Assembly: GCA_013265495.1 (NCBI GenBank) | Contig: MU058844.1 | Coordinates: 7,315,260 to 7,379,259 of the forward strand | Origin: Vicugna vicugna | Taxonomy: Eukaryota | Length of the DNA: 64,000 nt | Direction of reading: 5' to 3' | Shown: one piece after another, positions 26,205-40,683 of the stretch | Layout: each line of letters starts with the position of its first letter | Numbering within the stretch: the first letter of the stretch is position 1 | Translations under genes and position numbers: made by a program | The notes under the pieces: generated by a model | Databases searched by the model: none | What the model was told of the DNA's origin: nothing | Seen by the model: only the letters and a program-made list of their open reading frames with translations

Positions 26205-26735
26205 CAACTTCCAGGAGGGCACACAATGATCTTGCTGACTGATACTCACCCCCTTGCAGAGTCTTCTCCCTTTGAGTGCGAACTAGGTCCAGCGACTTGT
26301 TTCTAATAAACAGAATGTGGCAAAAGTGATGTAAGATTAGGTTCCCGAAGACAGTTCTGTTTGCTGGCATTTTTTTCCCCTAACCTCACACGTGTTTACT
26401 CTGATAAGGCCAGCTGCTGTGTTAAGGTCTGTCGTATGGAGAGGCCCACAGAGCAATTAAGTGAGGGAAGCCTACTTCAACAGCCTGTGAAAAACGAAAT
26501 CCTGTTAACCTAACAATGAGTAGAATGAGCTTAGAAATGTAAATATGGTCAAGTTTACAGATAAGATCACAGCTCTGCCAAATGCTGTGATTGCAGTTCT
26601 GTGAAAGAAGACCCAGAGCCTGAAGGCCCAGCTAAGCCATGTCTGGGTTCCTGAGGCACAGAAGTGGTGAAAGAATAAATGTTATTTTAAGCCACTGAGT
26701 TTGGGGGCAACTTGTTCCAAAGCAATAGATAACGA
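26205..26735 (+). mobile_element. MaLR LTR (MLT1 family)
   Basis: 'gacttgtttctaataaacagaatgtggcaaaagtgatg', 'tatggagaggcccaca', 3' end 'ttttaagccactgagtttgggggcaacttgttccaaagcaatagataacgaaaca'. Confidence 0.8.
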
Positions 26736-27619
26736 AACATGACCCCTGCTTTGGTTTTCAGCCACAGGGTTGGCAGGATATAACCCCAGCAACTAAATGC
26801 AAAAAACAGTGAGACGCAAAGATTGAAAAGTTTTGTCTTCTGTTTATACTCCAGAGGACATGCTCTAATAAATGTAATCATTGCAAAGTCTGAATAAAAC
26901 GTTATCTGATTTCAGCGGTTTACAGTCTCAAAAGGGAGATTTGCACCAAAGCAGGATGTTGTGAGGAATAGGTAAACACGTATGTACTATGTAATTTGAT
27001 GCCCCTATTTTTTGAATTCATAAAATCCTAGAAAGCTTTGAGTTTTCTTCATCACCCAGAGCTCAGAACTCATACTAACAATCCATTGTCTCCATTTGAC
27101 AGTTATCTCAGTATTCTACAGCTGTTACCTCTATTTCACTGTGCTTTCACATATATAAAGTTCACACACACAGACGCATGCGTGCTTGCACACACGCATG
27201 CACACCCACCCTCCAGGAGGGATTTACATTTAGAAGACTACGTTGATGATTGCAATGGTGGAAGGAAGAACAGAGTATGTATTTGTGTCCAAACAATATA
27301 CATTGATTCAAGTAGAACTTTAAAGAGCAACAATTACAGTTACTACTTCCCTCCAATAATAAATTTCTGTAAGTTATTTCACTGTGTAGGGGCCTTGATC
27401 CCACATCATCTCAGTGTTTAGTTATCCAGGCAGCACCTTCTCCCTTGTAATTATTTGTCCCTTCTTTCTTATGAACAAAAATAACTTTCTCTAATTTCCA
27501 CATAACACACTTGGTCCCTTCAGTTTCTGAGGCCCTTAGCTAATAGCTATAATGCTAGAGGTCAACTTTCCTACCCTAGTTACTCATTAAAATATTTTCT
27601 TATAAAAGCAGGAAGGTTT

Positions 27620-28070
27620 TGAATGAAAATGAGTTCTGTTTCAAGCTGCTACTTTTCACCTGGGACAGGAGTTTGACAGTGACCTTGTTTAGATAGGAGC
27701 TATGGACACTGAGGGGTGCTCCCCATGTATCGACTTCTTTTTAGAACAGAAGCAGTCATTCCCCCTAGCTGCTTAGAGGGTGACAGCTGAACCTGACAGA
27801 ATGCCCTACACTGAAGAGCAACCAAATTTGGGACACTTCTTCTGGGGAAAGTCTGTGCCGATGAATGGCCAATATATTGGGGCATAAAGATCTTGATTCC
27901 TTGCCACAATATTTTCCCTTTTTCTAATCCTGCTTCCTTCACTACCCACTTTATGTTGATCATTCTTAACAAATTTCTGCATACAAACTCTATGTGCAGA
28001 ACTTGTGTGTTGATCACTGTCAGTAAATCTTTGCTTTAGTCTTTTATACCCAGGGAACCTAACCGACAAA
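27620..28070 (+). mobile_element. ERVL LTR (LTR16-like)
   Basis: 3' end 'aaatttctgcatacaaactct...cccagggaacctaaccgaca'. Confidence 0.45.
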
Positions 28071-28099
28071 TATCGGCAACATTTGAGTAGCGGCCTTCA

Positions 28100-29050
28100 G
28101 GAGGATGTTAATGAGATGGATTTTAGATATGTTGGATTCTGTGTACTGCTAGATATCCGGTGTAAATTGTTCACTAGGTAGCAGAGAAAACACATAGGAG
28201 AGAAAGCAAATTTGAACATGTAGATGTTGGAGTAATCAATATACTGGATATATTTTAAATCACATGAGTTAACTCTTTTTATTGAAAAGTGCTTGCCTTT
28301 GGTTTCGAGGAAAACCAAATGGTTTTTCGTCAGGATTTTTTTCTTTGAATTCACCAATTAATCTTCACCTGCTTATTAAACAGTCTAATTAATTCATCTA
28401 TTAAATAACTGATTTATTAAACTTATATTAACTGAATTCCTAATGTACCAAAGAAGGTCTAAGGTATGTTGTTGTGAACAAGACAGAAAATTTTCCAGCT
28501 AATGATTAAAAGGAGGCAGACATTAATAATGTGACAATAATAATCCCAGCAAAGATTGTGATATGTGAATTTGTGCGATGTGTTTAGCATTACAAATGAG
28601 ACCAGTGTAGTTGGAAAGTAGTAAGTGAAACAGGAGAATGTACAGAGATGAGTTATAGAGCTTGACAAGTGTCATTAATTACAAGCTTTTAGACCATGCT
28701 TCAAATTTATGCTTTATTTTAGTAACAGTAGGAAGAAGTTGGAGATCTCATACAACAGATAAATTAATTCATTTATTATTTAAACCTGTTAAGTACCTAT
28801 TCTGTGCTAGTTTATATTTTTAGGTGCTGGGGTAACAGTGGTGCACAGAACAATGGTACCTACTTGTCCTGTATCTACATTCTAATGATGCAAGAAGTTA
28901 ACAACAGAAAAATAAATAATAGACAAGAATAATAGAGAAGAAAATAGACAATAAATAATTTTAATAAAATATCAGGTAGTGATAAAACTCATGCAAAAAA
29001 TAATAAAACAGCATAACAGAATAGAGATCAAGGAAGACTTTTTCAGCACA
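28100..29050 (-). mobile_element. L2 fragments
   Basis: 'ttttagatatgttgg', 'taagtacctattctgtgctag...taggtgctggggtaacagtggtg' are reverse-L2 motifs. Confidence 0.55.
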
Positions 29051-32000
29051 GACCCTAATAAAGCATCAGAACAAAATATGACAATAGTTTTATTTATTAC
29101 AATCATATTTACACTTTAGATTATTGTGTTAGCTGCAAAAAATTCATTGAGTCATAGATTTGAGAGTCACAAGCAAATAGATGACTTTTAGAACAACTGA
29201 TACTAGATAAGTCCTCTTTAGAAGAGAGTGTAGAAAGAAAACAGATAAAGAAACAATGGGACTTCAGTAAGAGACTTTCAGGTGAGAGGAAGTAGAAAGT
29301 CCAACTGGAATTGGTTAAAAACAGTATAAAGTGGTGAAAAGTATGAGTCGAAAAGGATGAATGACAGTTTTGAGAAATTCTCCTGGGAGTGGAAAAAGAT
29401 GTGATAGTATCTTGGGTTGGACAGGCACATGGGATCAAAGGGGTTTTTTGGTGATTCTATTATGCATTTTGTTTACTAGTGAAATATATTTTTAATGATG
29501 CAGAATTTGGTGATGTGGTGAAGAGCAGAAATAATTTTATGAGGAAAATTCTTAATTATGGGGGAGAGAGTAAGAGCCAAAGGCAGAGGAAATGGATGTG
29601 TGTGTTTTGTGTTCTTAGAATTATAAACACTCCTGTGCAGAATTCATACATTTCTACACATTGACTATTATTTTATTCATCAGATTCTGTGTTACACCTA
29701 CTAAGTTTACATACACATAGTACTAGGAGAAATAAAAACCAAATGAAGATGGAATTTTATGTTACCATTTTATTGGGACTTTTAAAACCTTGCATTACAG
29801 AATATAAAGAGATCTGATACCTTTTCTTTAAAGAAAGTGAGAATAGAGTACATGTAATGATGTTTTCTGTTTGTTTAAAGTAACATTCAAATATATGATT
29901 TCACACTAAGTCACTTCCATGAGTTACATCTTTGGTAGATGACAATTCCTGATTGGTTAATTTCTATGGACACTTCTATCCCTTCTCATTTCCTTTTTGA
30001 AGACTATTATAAAGAGGAGTTCTTTCCACTTCGAACTAAAGTCAATTTAAAATATATTTTCAAAAGGGTGTCTTATTTTTATGGAAGTTATTTTTAAAAT
30101 ACCTTTTCTCTATATACCACTCACCCAAGCATTTTATTTTTAAGTTGGAAATAGCTTATTACTTTATTTCTTGATTCAATACATCAAAATCTTGGTTTTA
30201 TGTGAGCATTTGAGATATTCCTCATCCAAATATCAAATACTTTAGTTAGAACTTACTATTCTTTGGTGAGATAAATGTCTTCAAAAAGTAAAAAACTGCA
30301 GAACACACAGACATTAAAAAAATCAAGCATGACTTAAAAAAAGTTGTTGATGTGTTTACTTAATTATCAACATCTCCATCATTTTATATTTACAAATGTA
30401 AGTGTATCATCAGAACTGTTGTGTTTCTAATCAGTTTCCTGGTGCTTTTAAAGAGTCACGGGAGACTACACAAGGCACAGTGATAAATATCTGTTGCAGA
30501 AGAGACAATCTTTTCTTTATTGAAATCTAGAAATGTCTTGCTTCTCTTAGATCATCAACACTGTGCATCATTAATTTGTAATACATTTTTCAGTTTCAAA
30601 AGAGAACTAAAAAACTGATATATGCTCAAACTTAGGAGGGATTCTTGTATTTTCACCACAAAATTCATTGTGAAAAATATGTAATTTTTAAAAAGTTCCC
30701 TTTTTAATTAGCTTTTTTTAACTAAGGAAAATAATTACAAAAAATTTTTAACTGCTCATTATAAGAGAATATAAATTGCAATAGGTTATAACAATGCAGG
30801 TTTATAGTAATTGTTTGTTAACAGTAAGTTCTGACACAAGAGTATGTGCATTTAAACACTTTTAATATGTAAATCATGCTGTCCAAATTCATTGGTAGTG
30901 AAATGTCAGACAAACTGTGATATTGTACAATAGAATTTAATAAGCAATGCTTTATAGCAGAAATACCCACACTCTAAACAAACAAGCAAAAAATGTATTC
31001 AATATGTCAGATGGTGTTTCAAACGTACAGGATATTTAAGGACTTAGTATGCGTTAGAGAATACTGTATGGCTGCTTCACTGTATAGGCTAGAGAGAATT
31101 AAATTTTAGACTTAATGTTAAATGTTACCTACATGCCAAGAAAAAAAAGTGTTTCTGTCTTCATTTACTTTGTGTGGATATGTGTCAGGGACTATTCAAG
31201 TCACTGGAAATATAAAAGCAGTCATTTCTACCCTGTTGTCTTATTTTGTCTTCAAGCTATTCTGTGAGATATTAATATCTTCTATTACAGTGGATCACAA
31301 AACTGAGAATAATGAAGGTATTGTTGAGTTCTAAAATCACCATTATAATCCATGCCTCTCTGAAGCGACGGACATTTTGAGGACAACACCAGTTTGCTAT
31401 ATTTATTAATAGAAAAAGGATAATAAATTCAGCCTTCCAAACTTAGTTCCACACTACTATCTGTTTAAGATAAAGTTAATGAAAATAGTATAATAGTTTT
31501 TCCATTTACATTCATTGCTTTGTCTGTGATGAATGTTGATTAAATTACATCCCATAGAAACAAGGGTCTATTTTTCATTATGAATGAATCACAGTTTTAA
31601 ATATTTATTTTCTCTAAGTAAGGAAGGGCTTAAGTTGTTCAAATTAAAATCAGTAAGAGTGTGACTTTTAAAAGATGATATTATACCAAATTACATCAGG
31701 CAAGGACTATTATAAAGATAATCACTTATGATTGATAAACCTGATAGGTTTGAAGAGGTAACTGAGTTACATAATTTAAAATACATATGCTTAAACTGTG
31801 TGAACTCATAATTATAAACAAAGAACATAAAAGTTTTGTACTTTTGGCTCATATTTCCATGTTATTATTCTGTATTATACATTTTATTTGAAAGATGATT
31901 TGCGTTCAGTTTTGCAATTGCATACGTGACAATTAAGAGAAGTTTCTGGGCAGTTAGGCTCAAAGATCAGCTCCCATTATTTGGTTCCAACTTATCCAGT

Positions 32001-34829
32001 CTTAAACTTTTCTTGTTGACATCAATCTTTCCTTTATTATGAAACTTTGCTCCTTTCTCTGAGAGGTTAACTTCTTACCTCATATAGAAGAGGCTAAAGC
32101 ACTATCTAACAATTTCATTCTTGTTCCTATAAGATATTGTGAAAATCCATTAAATAAAACTATCCAAGAAACCATTATTTAATGTTCATTTTAACTTAAA
32201 TAATAATAGAATTTTATATAACATTTAACCATAGAAATAGTGTGCAGCACTAAATATTTGCATATAAAACTCATTTTCCCCTCACATATTTTCTCACTGA
32301 TAGCCACACTGCATTTTTGGTAGCATTATTCTCCCAGTGATCTAGAATTGAATCACTTGATCTACAATTTCACTTTTCATATTTTCCATATCTACTAAAA
32401 CTTATAGTCCATGTTTATTTACTTTCCATCCCACAATCATTGTGTCTTTAGAAGTTTTGCTGTTTATATCCTATGATGTTCTATCATACATTTATTGACT
32501 TCCTTTTACCTATTTTTTTATCTGGAAGAAATGTAGTCAAATTACATGCTTGTGGAATGGGGGAGTTGATAGGACTTGTTTGTTTTGTTTGTTGGTTGAT
32601 TGGTTGGTTGGTTTTGGTGTCCCTCAACTTGCCCACAGGTGAGGTTGAAGCCCTTCTCAGACCTACTCATGGGAGCAGGGTGACCTGCAGTGCACTTTCT
32701 AAGGTGTCTGTTGTACCCTGTCTCCCTTCCCAACTGCCCGAGCCTCAAACACTGAAAGGTAGGCCAGGTGAGTTTGTACAGTCCTGACCATATCTTTCAA
32801 TCCAGACTTTTCCTGCCTCTTACCTTTCTACAGGAATTTATTGTTAAACTCTACCTTTCTCAGGATGCAATGCGGTATCACTAAACACTTGATGTTTTCT
32901 GCCATATTAGTCTGTAGGAGTTGCATTTTCTGAAAAGATGTAAAAGTGGTGTTGGGGAGTTAAGAGTAGAAAACAGTCACCTGGAACAGACACTTACTTT
33001 CAAAAGGTTAGTGACAGGAAAGTGGAGAGAGAGTTTCCAAGGTCTCTGTTTGATACCACTGTATTTCTCGGAAGCAGGGGCAAATGGTAGAAAACAGCAC
33101 ACGGCCCCACATGCTTTTAGTCATGCAGGGCTGCACTTGTTCCATGAGGGGATGGAAAGTCCTGCCACTGATGGTGTTGATAAGTGTGATTTATATTCAG
33201 TTGATGTTTATCCCAATTGCTGGCATTTTTTAAATTGGCCTTAGGTTTAGTACTTTTAATGAGTTTTCATGTGTTTCTTGCTTTGGGAATAGTTTAAAGG
33301 AAAGTAGAAAGAAAGTGACTCCACTTTAATCCAGAAGTTGTCCCCAACTTTCTTTTTTTATAATGTAAATATTGAAAGGGTTTATTTTATTTTTCTTTTG
33401 AAGAATCCATGAAGTAGTTGGTTTAGTCATTGTGCCATCTGGTTTTTTTTTTTCCCCCTTTTATTTTTAGGAGGAATGTGTTTTGAAATTTTAGTTTAAT
33501 TAGGAGAGAAACAGAACAACATAAAAAGCAGATGAACATGAACGTGTAGAGCACTCAGTGTTTGCTTTCTTTTGAATCTTTAAACATCAGTTAGTATTAC
33601 TTTTCTTTTTTCACATGAATGCTGCCATCAGTTGCCAATAAGTATCTGGGGACAACTTTGAAAGCTTGATAAAAAACAGGCCCAGATGGGCAAACATTTT
33701 CCTTACCTTTTCATCCTGGTTATTTTGACCAAGTTTTTTCATATGCATTATAATGAAAAATATGTACTTCAAATAAAATATAATTTGTGCTTTTATGTAA
33801 GTATGATCACAACTGGTTTTCTCTATAACCTGAAAAAAAACTAATTTTGTAATGATGGCTTAAAAATCTAGGAATAACTATTTTAATAATGTATAATATT
33901 ATTTTAATTATTTATTATTAAAAGTCCAATACTTTATACACATTTCCTTCCCTATGTTTTAATAGTGAGATTATACTCAATTAGTCATTGTTAGTTGCAT
34001 AAAACATCATATCTACATTTTAAGGATATTTTATTATACAACTAAAAACAGGTATGCCTATCTTTTGAAGATCTAGTACAAAAATAAAATACATTTAAAA
34101 AAATACAAACAAGGAAGCATCTCATGGTGTCCTGCCAGAATAATCCTGATGAGATGAGATGTGAGATAAGCAGTATGTTCTTAAGGAAAAGAGTGAGGAC
34201 ATCAGGTCTCACACAGACTGTGTTTTGGGAATTTTAAATAAACAAGAGATCCAAATAGGTATGATTAAGCTAAACAAGAAGGCCTACATTTTTTAAGTGC
34301 AAAATATTGTCACTTTACATAGTTTCTAAAGCTTTCTATTTTACTTTTAGTTTTAACATATACCAATTAGATTATTTCTGGCATAAATGTGTGGCGGCAA
34401 AAACAACTACAGGAATTTAAGAACCATTTTTCACATGTGAGTTTTAATAAAGTTGAATAAAAATTCACTTTAAAATATATTCACAATTTTTTAATGTTTT
34501 GTTACATATACATCATGTATATATGGCAGAAAATTTGGAACATACTGATAAGAAAAAAAACCTTCTTATTTTCTTTGCAAAACTCCAAGAATATAAATAG
34601 TACAAGGTAATATTTTTCTAATTTAATTCTCTGTTAATAAATGTATTGCACATTAATTTTTGAATGTGTTCCTCGAATAATTTAATAAACAAATAACTAG
34701 GGATTTCCAAAATAGTTAACAGAAGTTATCAAGATGTATTTCATTTTTGAACTCTTATATACCAATATATATTTGGAAAATAACTGCTGAATAAGAATAA
34801 GAAGGAGGAGAAAGAAGTCAATTAATATG

Positions 34830-35000
34830 TGCAAAGCAGCATTTTCAGTGTTTACATGTCCAGTGAGCTAGAAAGTTTTGTTATCTTTATTTTTCCAATG
34901 AAGAAACCAAGACACAAATAGGTAAAATATCTTCCCCAAGTTTTTTATAGCTATTAAATGTTAAAAGCAGAACTTGATTTTATAAGTTTGACTCAAAGTC
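34830..35000 (-). mobile_element. MIR SINE
   Basis: 'tttattttccaatgaagaaaccaagacacaaataggtaaaatatcttccccaagtt' is the reverse MIR core. Confidence 0.6.
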
Positions 35001-36466
35001 TTCTACTTTTAATCAATATTTATTCTGATACAGATAATTAGGGTAGGTATACAAAATGTGAAGGTGAAGATGAAGATGATAAGAGAATAAAATCTACCAT
35101 TAGGAAAAAAGATAACATCGGAGTTGATATTAAGGCTATGTTCCACAGAATCCTCAAGGACATGACTTTCTAATTTTTCACTCCACTTAGTAAACTTCAT
35201 ATTCTCCAAATTCCCTCAAGGTCAAGCTGGATGTTCCAGCCTTCACATCAACATTTTAGCCAACCACAGAGAAAAGGCGCAGTTGTACCTTAAAGGAACC
35301 ATCCTGAATTTTATACATATTCTCTTCCCTACATCTTAATAGTCAGATTATACTCAAATAGTCATGTTAGTTACAAAGGAAATTGGAGTTTTATTATGCT
35401 AAAAATTAAATGTGACCTTACTCTAAAACAAAGGGAAAACAGATGTTAGGCTAGAGTTAGCAGTCTCTGCCACAAGGAATACATAGATATCATCACAAGT
35501 AATACATACAAAAAAGTACAAAAAAGTTTACATTTGACACAGCTATTGTGTTGAAGCTGAGATTTTAATTTAGCAACTTGAGTCAAGTTGACATAGCAAC
35601 AAGGAGAGATACTAATGGGGAAAAATAGGTTGATTGAACTGGTTTGAATACAGACAACTTTGGAACAAGATTATAATGAGGATTCACCTAAGATACTGAA
35701 AATAATAAAGAAAAATTAAGACAAGTATAAAGCCAAAATTATATTTTAGCTCTAAGTAAAATATTCCCTAAGACAAAGATATCTAATTTTCACTGGATAG
35801 AAAATTGTACATATCCATCCCAGTGCAGAATTTGTTGAGAATTCATTAACTATATTGCCCTAATGAATGTGAGGAAGCTCCCACTGATAGTTAGAACTCA
35901 TCTAACTATAAATAAGTTACACTTCAGCTACCTTTTCAAATTGCATAAAAAGTATTTAATGTTGAAGAGTTATATGATTAAAATTTTCTAGTTTAAAAGC
36001 TTATAAAAGTTTAACCCTAACTTTTTCTTTTGGTATATGAAATAACATAATCTTCTTGGAATTAAAACTTAATGAAAAGTAAAGGCCATGTATCATTAAT
36101 ACACCCAGTGATCTTTAAAAATCAATACAGCTAAAAATGTACATTATAACAAAGATTACTTACCTGGGAAAATGTATTTAGTTTTTAAATCCAATTGAAG
36201 TAAAAACATTATATATAATTCACTCAGACAACCACTTTTTAAGGCATTCATCCTAGTTTGATGTAAAAATTGTCTGTAATGCTTGAACACAAGACAAACA
36301 GAAGGTATTTATATCATTATAGTAATCTTCTGTACCCAATTAATTTATTGATATTCACTAGGATAAAATAAAGGAAAACTCTGGATCTGAAAAAATAGAC
36401 AGGATAGATGGATCAATAGAGGAGGAAGATTGTTCACTGAAAAGTTCAAATAAAAAACAAACATAA

Positions 36467-37052
36467 TGAGGTGGGAAGCCCCATAAAAAGACCGGCAGGA
36501 CCCCCAAGTAGGGCCACTCTCCTGCCAACACCATCGGGTTCCCTGGCCCAGAGGCTCTATCTCACTTTTTGCCCCTGAAACAGCTTACTTACCCCTAAAA
36601 TTCTATTAGTTCCCTGAGCTCACTTCTGATTGGTTATTTCCTTCACTCCTGATTGGTTATTACTCTCTCTTCTGATTGGTCTACTTCCCTAACTTCTGAC
36701 TGGTTAATTTTTATTACTGCATTTGCATGGAGCTCACTCCTGATTGGTTATTTCTCTCCCTCCTGATTGGTCTATTTCTACAAAGCTTGTTCCTAGTTGG
36801 TCAACTTTTGTTATACTTTATTTGCATATAATGTTACAAAGTGTAAACTGTCAGCCTATAAAGGCCTGTGTAAACCTACAGATGGGGTCCAGAGCTTGGA
36901 GTGTTAACTCCTGTGGGCCCGGTGGCATAATAAACCTGAGCTCTCCAACTCTCCCAGTGCTGCTTGGTCTCTCACCCGGATCCAAGTTGCTGTCACAACT
37001 GAGATGTAACACCGAGCTATAACGCTGAGCTGTAACTCATTTTTCCACAACA
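36467..37052 (+). mobile_element. ERV1-like solo LTR (586 bp)
   Basis: TG...CA termini (tgaggtggg...ccacaaca) and a 4-bp TSD ATAA (36463-36466 / 37053-37056). TATAAA at 36857-36862 and AATAAA at 36929-36934. Confidence 0.9.
36616..36862 (+). promoter_or_regulatory. LTR U3 enhancer/promoter: inverted CCAAT array, two octamer sites, TATA box
   Basis: ATTGG at 36629, 36652, 36675, 36743 and 36766 (degenerate at 36699 and 36796). ATTTGCAT at 36721 and 36820. TATAAA at 36857. The motifs are seen directly; activity is inferred. Confidence 0.6.
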
Positions 37053-37229
37053 ATAAATCTTAAGTATTCAAAGATGGTTTGCATTATTCCCTGGAATTCT
37101 GGCAGTTCAGTACTTTTATAACTGAAAACTGTCAACTTATGAAACAAAGAAGCAACAAACATTCTTTAAATTCTTCACCAAAAAGAAGGAAATTAAAATA
37201 TCATTTCAGAGGAGTCAGAAAGATCCTTC

Positions 37230-37712
37230 TCTTCAGGAAAAGAAATACTCCTTGGTAATACATGTTGAGGGGTAGCCACGGAAACAAATCACTAAGCTCT
37301 CCTGCTTTGGAGACCACATAGCTGACCAACAGTCCCAGCTGCTTTTGCTCCTTTAGGTGTACCATCGCATCTATGTCCACGCCGTCCTTCTCTGGAGCCA
37401 CTCCTGGCTAATTATTGAGTGGGGCAGGATACTGGCACTGAACCTTTCCTATAGAAAGTAGGACTCATCTGGCAGGTGACTGGACTCACCACTACCCTGG
37501 CCAAAATTTTCTCAGAACTTCACTGTCATGTGAGACTCTTCCTACTCAGCCTCCTTCCTTCCCATTCTCCTTCACAGGCCAGATCTGCACTGTGGTCTGA
37601 AGTTTCTCCTGCTTCCTCTCCTTTATTCTTCACAGTCATTTTCCTAGACAAATTTCTTGCATATCTGATCCCATCTGGCCATTTGCTCCTTGAGGAAGCA
37701 GAACTAATGCAT
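37230..37712 (+). mobile_element. ERVL LTR (LTR16-like)
   Basis: 3' end 'aaatttcttgcatatctgatcccatctggccatttgctccttgaggaagcagaactaatgca'. Confidence 0.65.
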
Positions 37713-38778
37713 TTTGTGTAGGAAGTTACATCAGGAAATGAATACTGGCAGCCAAGATACAGGAAATTTTACGTAGTATATAAATTCTCAGGATAATTTG
37801 ATTGTTAATATTTGTAACTCTAAGCGGCAGAAGATAGCTGATTTTCCTGGGGTTCTTAGAGATAAATTTTAAAGGCAGGAATAACATAAAGTTGGCATGA
37901 TTTTGAATTTTTGATCTGATTTTAATAAACTTAAATTAAGGATTTTGTTTAATGTGGCACAGAACTACTTATATATGGAGATATGTCCTCACATAATGTG
38001 AAGTTTCAGAGGTATTTCTTTTCTCTTTAAAGTTTCTCCGGCAACTACAAATCTAAGTTCTTGAAAGAAGTCAGTGAAAATACCATAAACAATATTGTTC
38101 AATAAATTTACAAGTGAGAGATCGATGAGACCCTTTATATACTTATATAATGGACATTTATGCTTTCTTTTTTTTTCTTTTTTTTTTCATTCATGCTTTA
38201 GAAGTAGATTCTGCATTTTTTCCTCACCATATAATCCAATAAATTAAATCAGTCTTTATGGAAACCTTACCTCATTTTATGCCATTGAATCTTTATTTTT
38301 TTGCACCTAAAGTGATAGTTTTATTAGACTGACACACAAACATGATAATGTTTATAAGTCCCCTAGCACAGACTATAAAAAAAGTTAAATTTCACTAAAA
38401 TACCCACATGTAAGTTGAACTGAGATGAAGTGGTTTAAGAAATTTGGAGCTAATTATAAGGAAAAAAAATCTTGTAGTCTAAAATAGTCTTTTACATGCT
38501 ATTCAATTATCATAATATAATTAATATGAAATTATTTTCTTATTGATAAACACAAGTAGATTTTTTTGTGTGTTAGAGAAAAAGACAAATTAAGAGCCAA
38601 TTAAAAGTTATGCTTCATCACTGTATACAGATTATTGTCCATCCTGTGCAGTTTGATTTGAATGAATTATAAAGCAGACATGAGTAAAAAGACTCAATCA
38701 ATGGAAAAGACGTATCATCTAGATCAGTGAGAAAAACAGTGTTAAATAAGGAAGCTCTCTCACCAGAAGGGTATTTAC

Positions 38779-39228
38779 TATACTAGGTTGAATAATGCAC
38801 CCGCCAAAAAATTTATATTCACCTGAAACCTAAGAATGTGAACCTCCTTGCAAATGCAGTCTTTGCAGATGTAATTAGTTAAGACATGGTCATAGGGGAT
38901 TAGAGTGGGACCTAAACCAATGTCTGGTGTCTTCATAAGAAAAGGAAGAGAGACTCAAGACACCAGCACACAGGAAAGAAAGCCAGTTGTTGTTAACAGA
39001 GACAGAGATGGAATTGATGCAGCTGCAAAGCAAGGGTTTACAGACAACAACCGGAAGCTGAGAGTCGGCAAGGAAGGATTCTTCCCTAAGAACCTTCAGA
39101 GGAATAACAGCTCTGCTGACATTTTGATTTCAGGCTTTAAGCTTCTAGGACTGTGAGAGGATATATTTCACTTTTTTCAAGCCACCCAATATGTGGGATT
39201 TTCTTATAGCAGCATTAAGAAACTAATT
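38779..39228 (+). mobile_element. MaLR LTR (MLT1B/C-like)
   Basis: 'gtctttgcagatgtaattagttaag', 'tggtgtcttcataagaaaagg', 'ctgctgacattttgatttcaggctttaagcttctaggactgtgagag', 'aagccacccaatatgtgg...agcagcattaagaaactaat'. Confidence 0.85.
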
Positions 39229-39676
39229 ATGGATCTCTTTCTAATATAAAAATTATTTTAGTCATAAATAAATGTTTTACTCTTGAATTATTCATAGATT
39301 ATTTCACCTTATTTTCAAAGGGATGGGCAATTTAAAAATATGGGACAGTCTTATAATCTGTTACCAGTATACAAAAGAGAAATGTTTCTGATGCTGGTAC
39401 GACAGCATTATCTTTGAATTAAACACACACATATGAAACATTCTCTGTAACCTGTCACCATGACTGAAAGCAAAATTTTTACTTATGCTGAAACAACAAC
39501 ATTATTTGTGTATTAAGCACGTGCATGTACACACACACTTACATTTATATTTTCCACATTGAATGTAACTGAAAGAAAAATGAAAGAGAGTTTTAACTAA
39601 TTTAGCACTCATGACAGTGTAAGCAACCGTTGATATTCTAGGAGCAAAAAAAATGTATAATTACCTTTTTTTTGAA

Positions 39677-40683
39677 GGTTTAATAGACTTTTTCATAGAA
39701 GCTTTAATTTTACAGAATAATTAAGCAGAAATTAAAGGGAGTTCTCATAGAGCTCCTCTTCTTAGTGTCTTGCATTAGTGTGGTTTATTTTACACTTGAT
39801 GAATGAATATTAATACAATATTATTAACTCAAGTCCATAGTTTAAATTAGAATTCATTCTTTCTATTATGCAGTTAAATGGGCTTGACAAATGCACGTCA
39901 TGTGTCCATTATTACAGTATTAGATAAAATGGTTTCAATGCCCTAAAACTCCTCTGTGTTCTCTTCATTCATTCCTCCATCTCTCACCCTAAATCTCTGG
40001 CAACCACTAATATTCTCAGTAATCTCTATAAGTTTGACATTTTCAGAATGTCATATGGTTAGGAACGTACAATAAGTAATCTTTTAAACTGGCTTCTTCA
40101 CTGAGCCATATGCATTTAAGGTACTTTCATGTCTTTTTGTGGCTTAATAGCTCATTTGTTATTGTCACTGATATATTCCATTGTATGAATATATGAGTTT
40201 GTCCATTCACCTATTGGAGGATATCTTGATTGCTTCCAGTTTGAGGCAATTATGTAAAAAGCTGCTATAAACAACTGTGTGCAGATTTTTGTATAGACAT
40301 AACTTTTCAGCTCATTCATTTAAATATGTGGGAGCAAAATTGCTGGATCCTATGGTAAACCTATGTCTAACTTTGTAAGAAACTGCCAAAATGTCTTCCA
40401 AAGTGGCTGTATTATTTGCATTCCCTCCAGCAGTGACTGAAGGTTTCCGTTGCTCCAGATGTTAGTCAGCATTTGGTGGTGTCAGTGTTGTGGGTTTTAC
40501 TCATTCTAATAGGTATGTAGTGGTTTCTCATTGTTGTTTTAATTTGCAATTCCCTAATGATGTATGATGTTCAACATCTTTTCATATGCATTTTCACAAC
40601 CTGTGTATCTTCTTTGGTGAGGTGACTATTGAGATCTTTTTGTCCATTTTTTAAATCGGGTTTTTTCCTTATTGTTGAGTTTG
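39677..40683 (-). mobile_element. L1MC1/2-like 3' end, minus strand
   Basis: 'aagtccatagtttaaattagaattcattct', 'gtaagaaactgccaaaatgtcttccaaagtggctgta', 'tgtatcttctttggtgaggtgactatt'. Confidence 0.85.

Noticed and set aside
28101..28180. Possible exon (open frame EDVNEMDFRYVGF... between ag and gt)
   Set aside because: The sequence resembles decayed L2 and the splice signals are weak.
36616..36800. CRISPR-like repeat-spacer array
   Set aside because: The period is only about 23 bp, the spacers resemble each other, the array lies within an LTR, and the DNA is mammalian with no cas genes.
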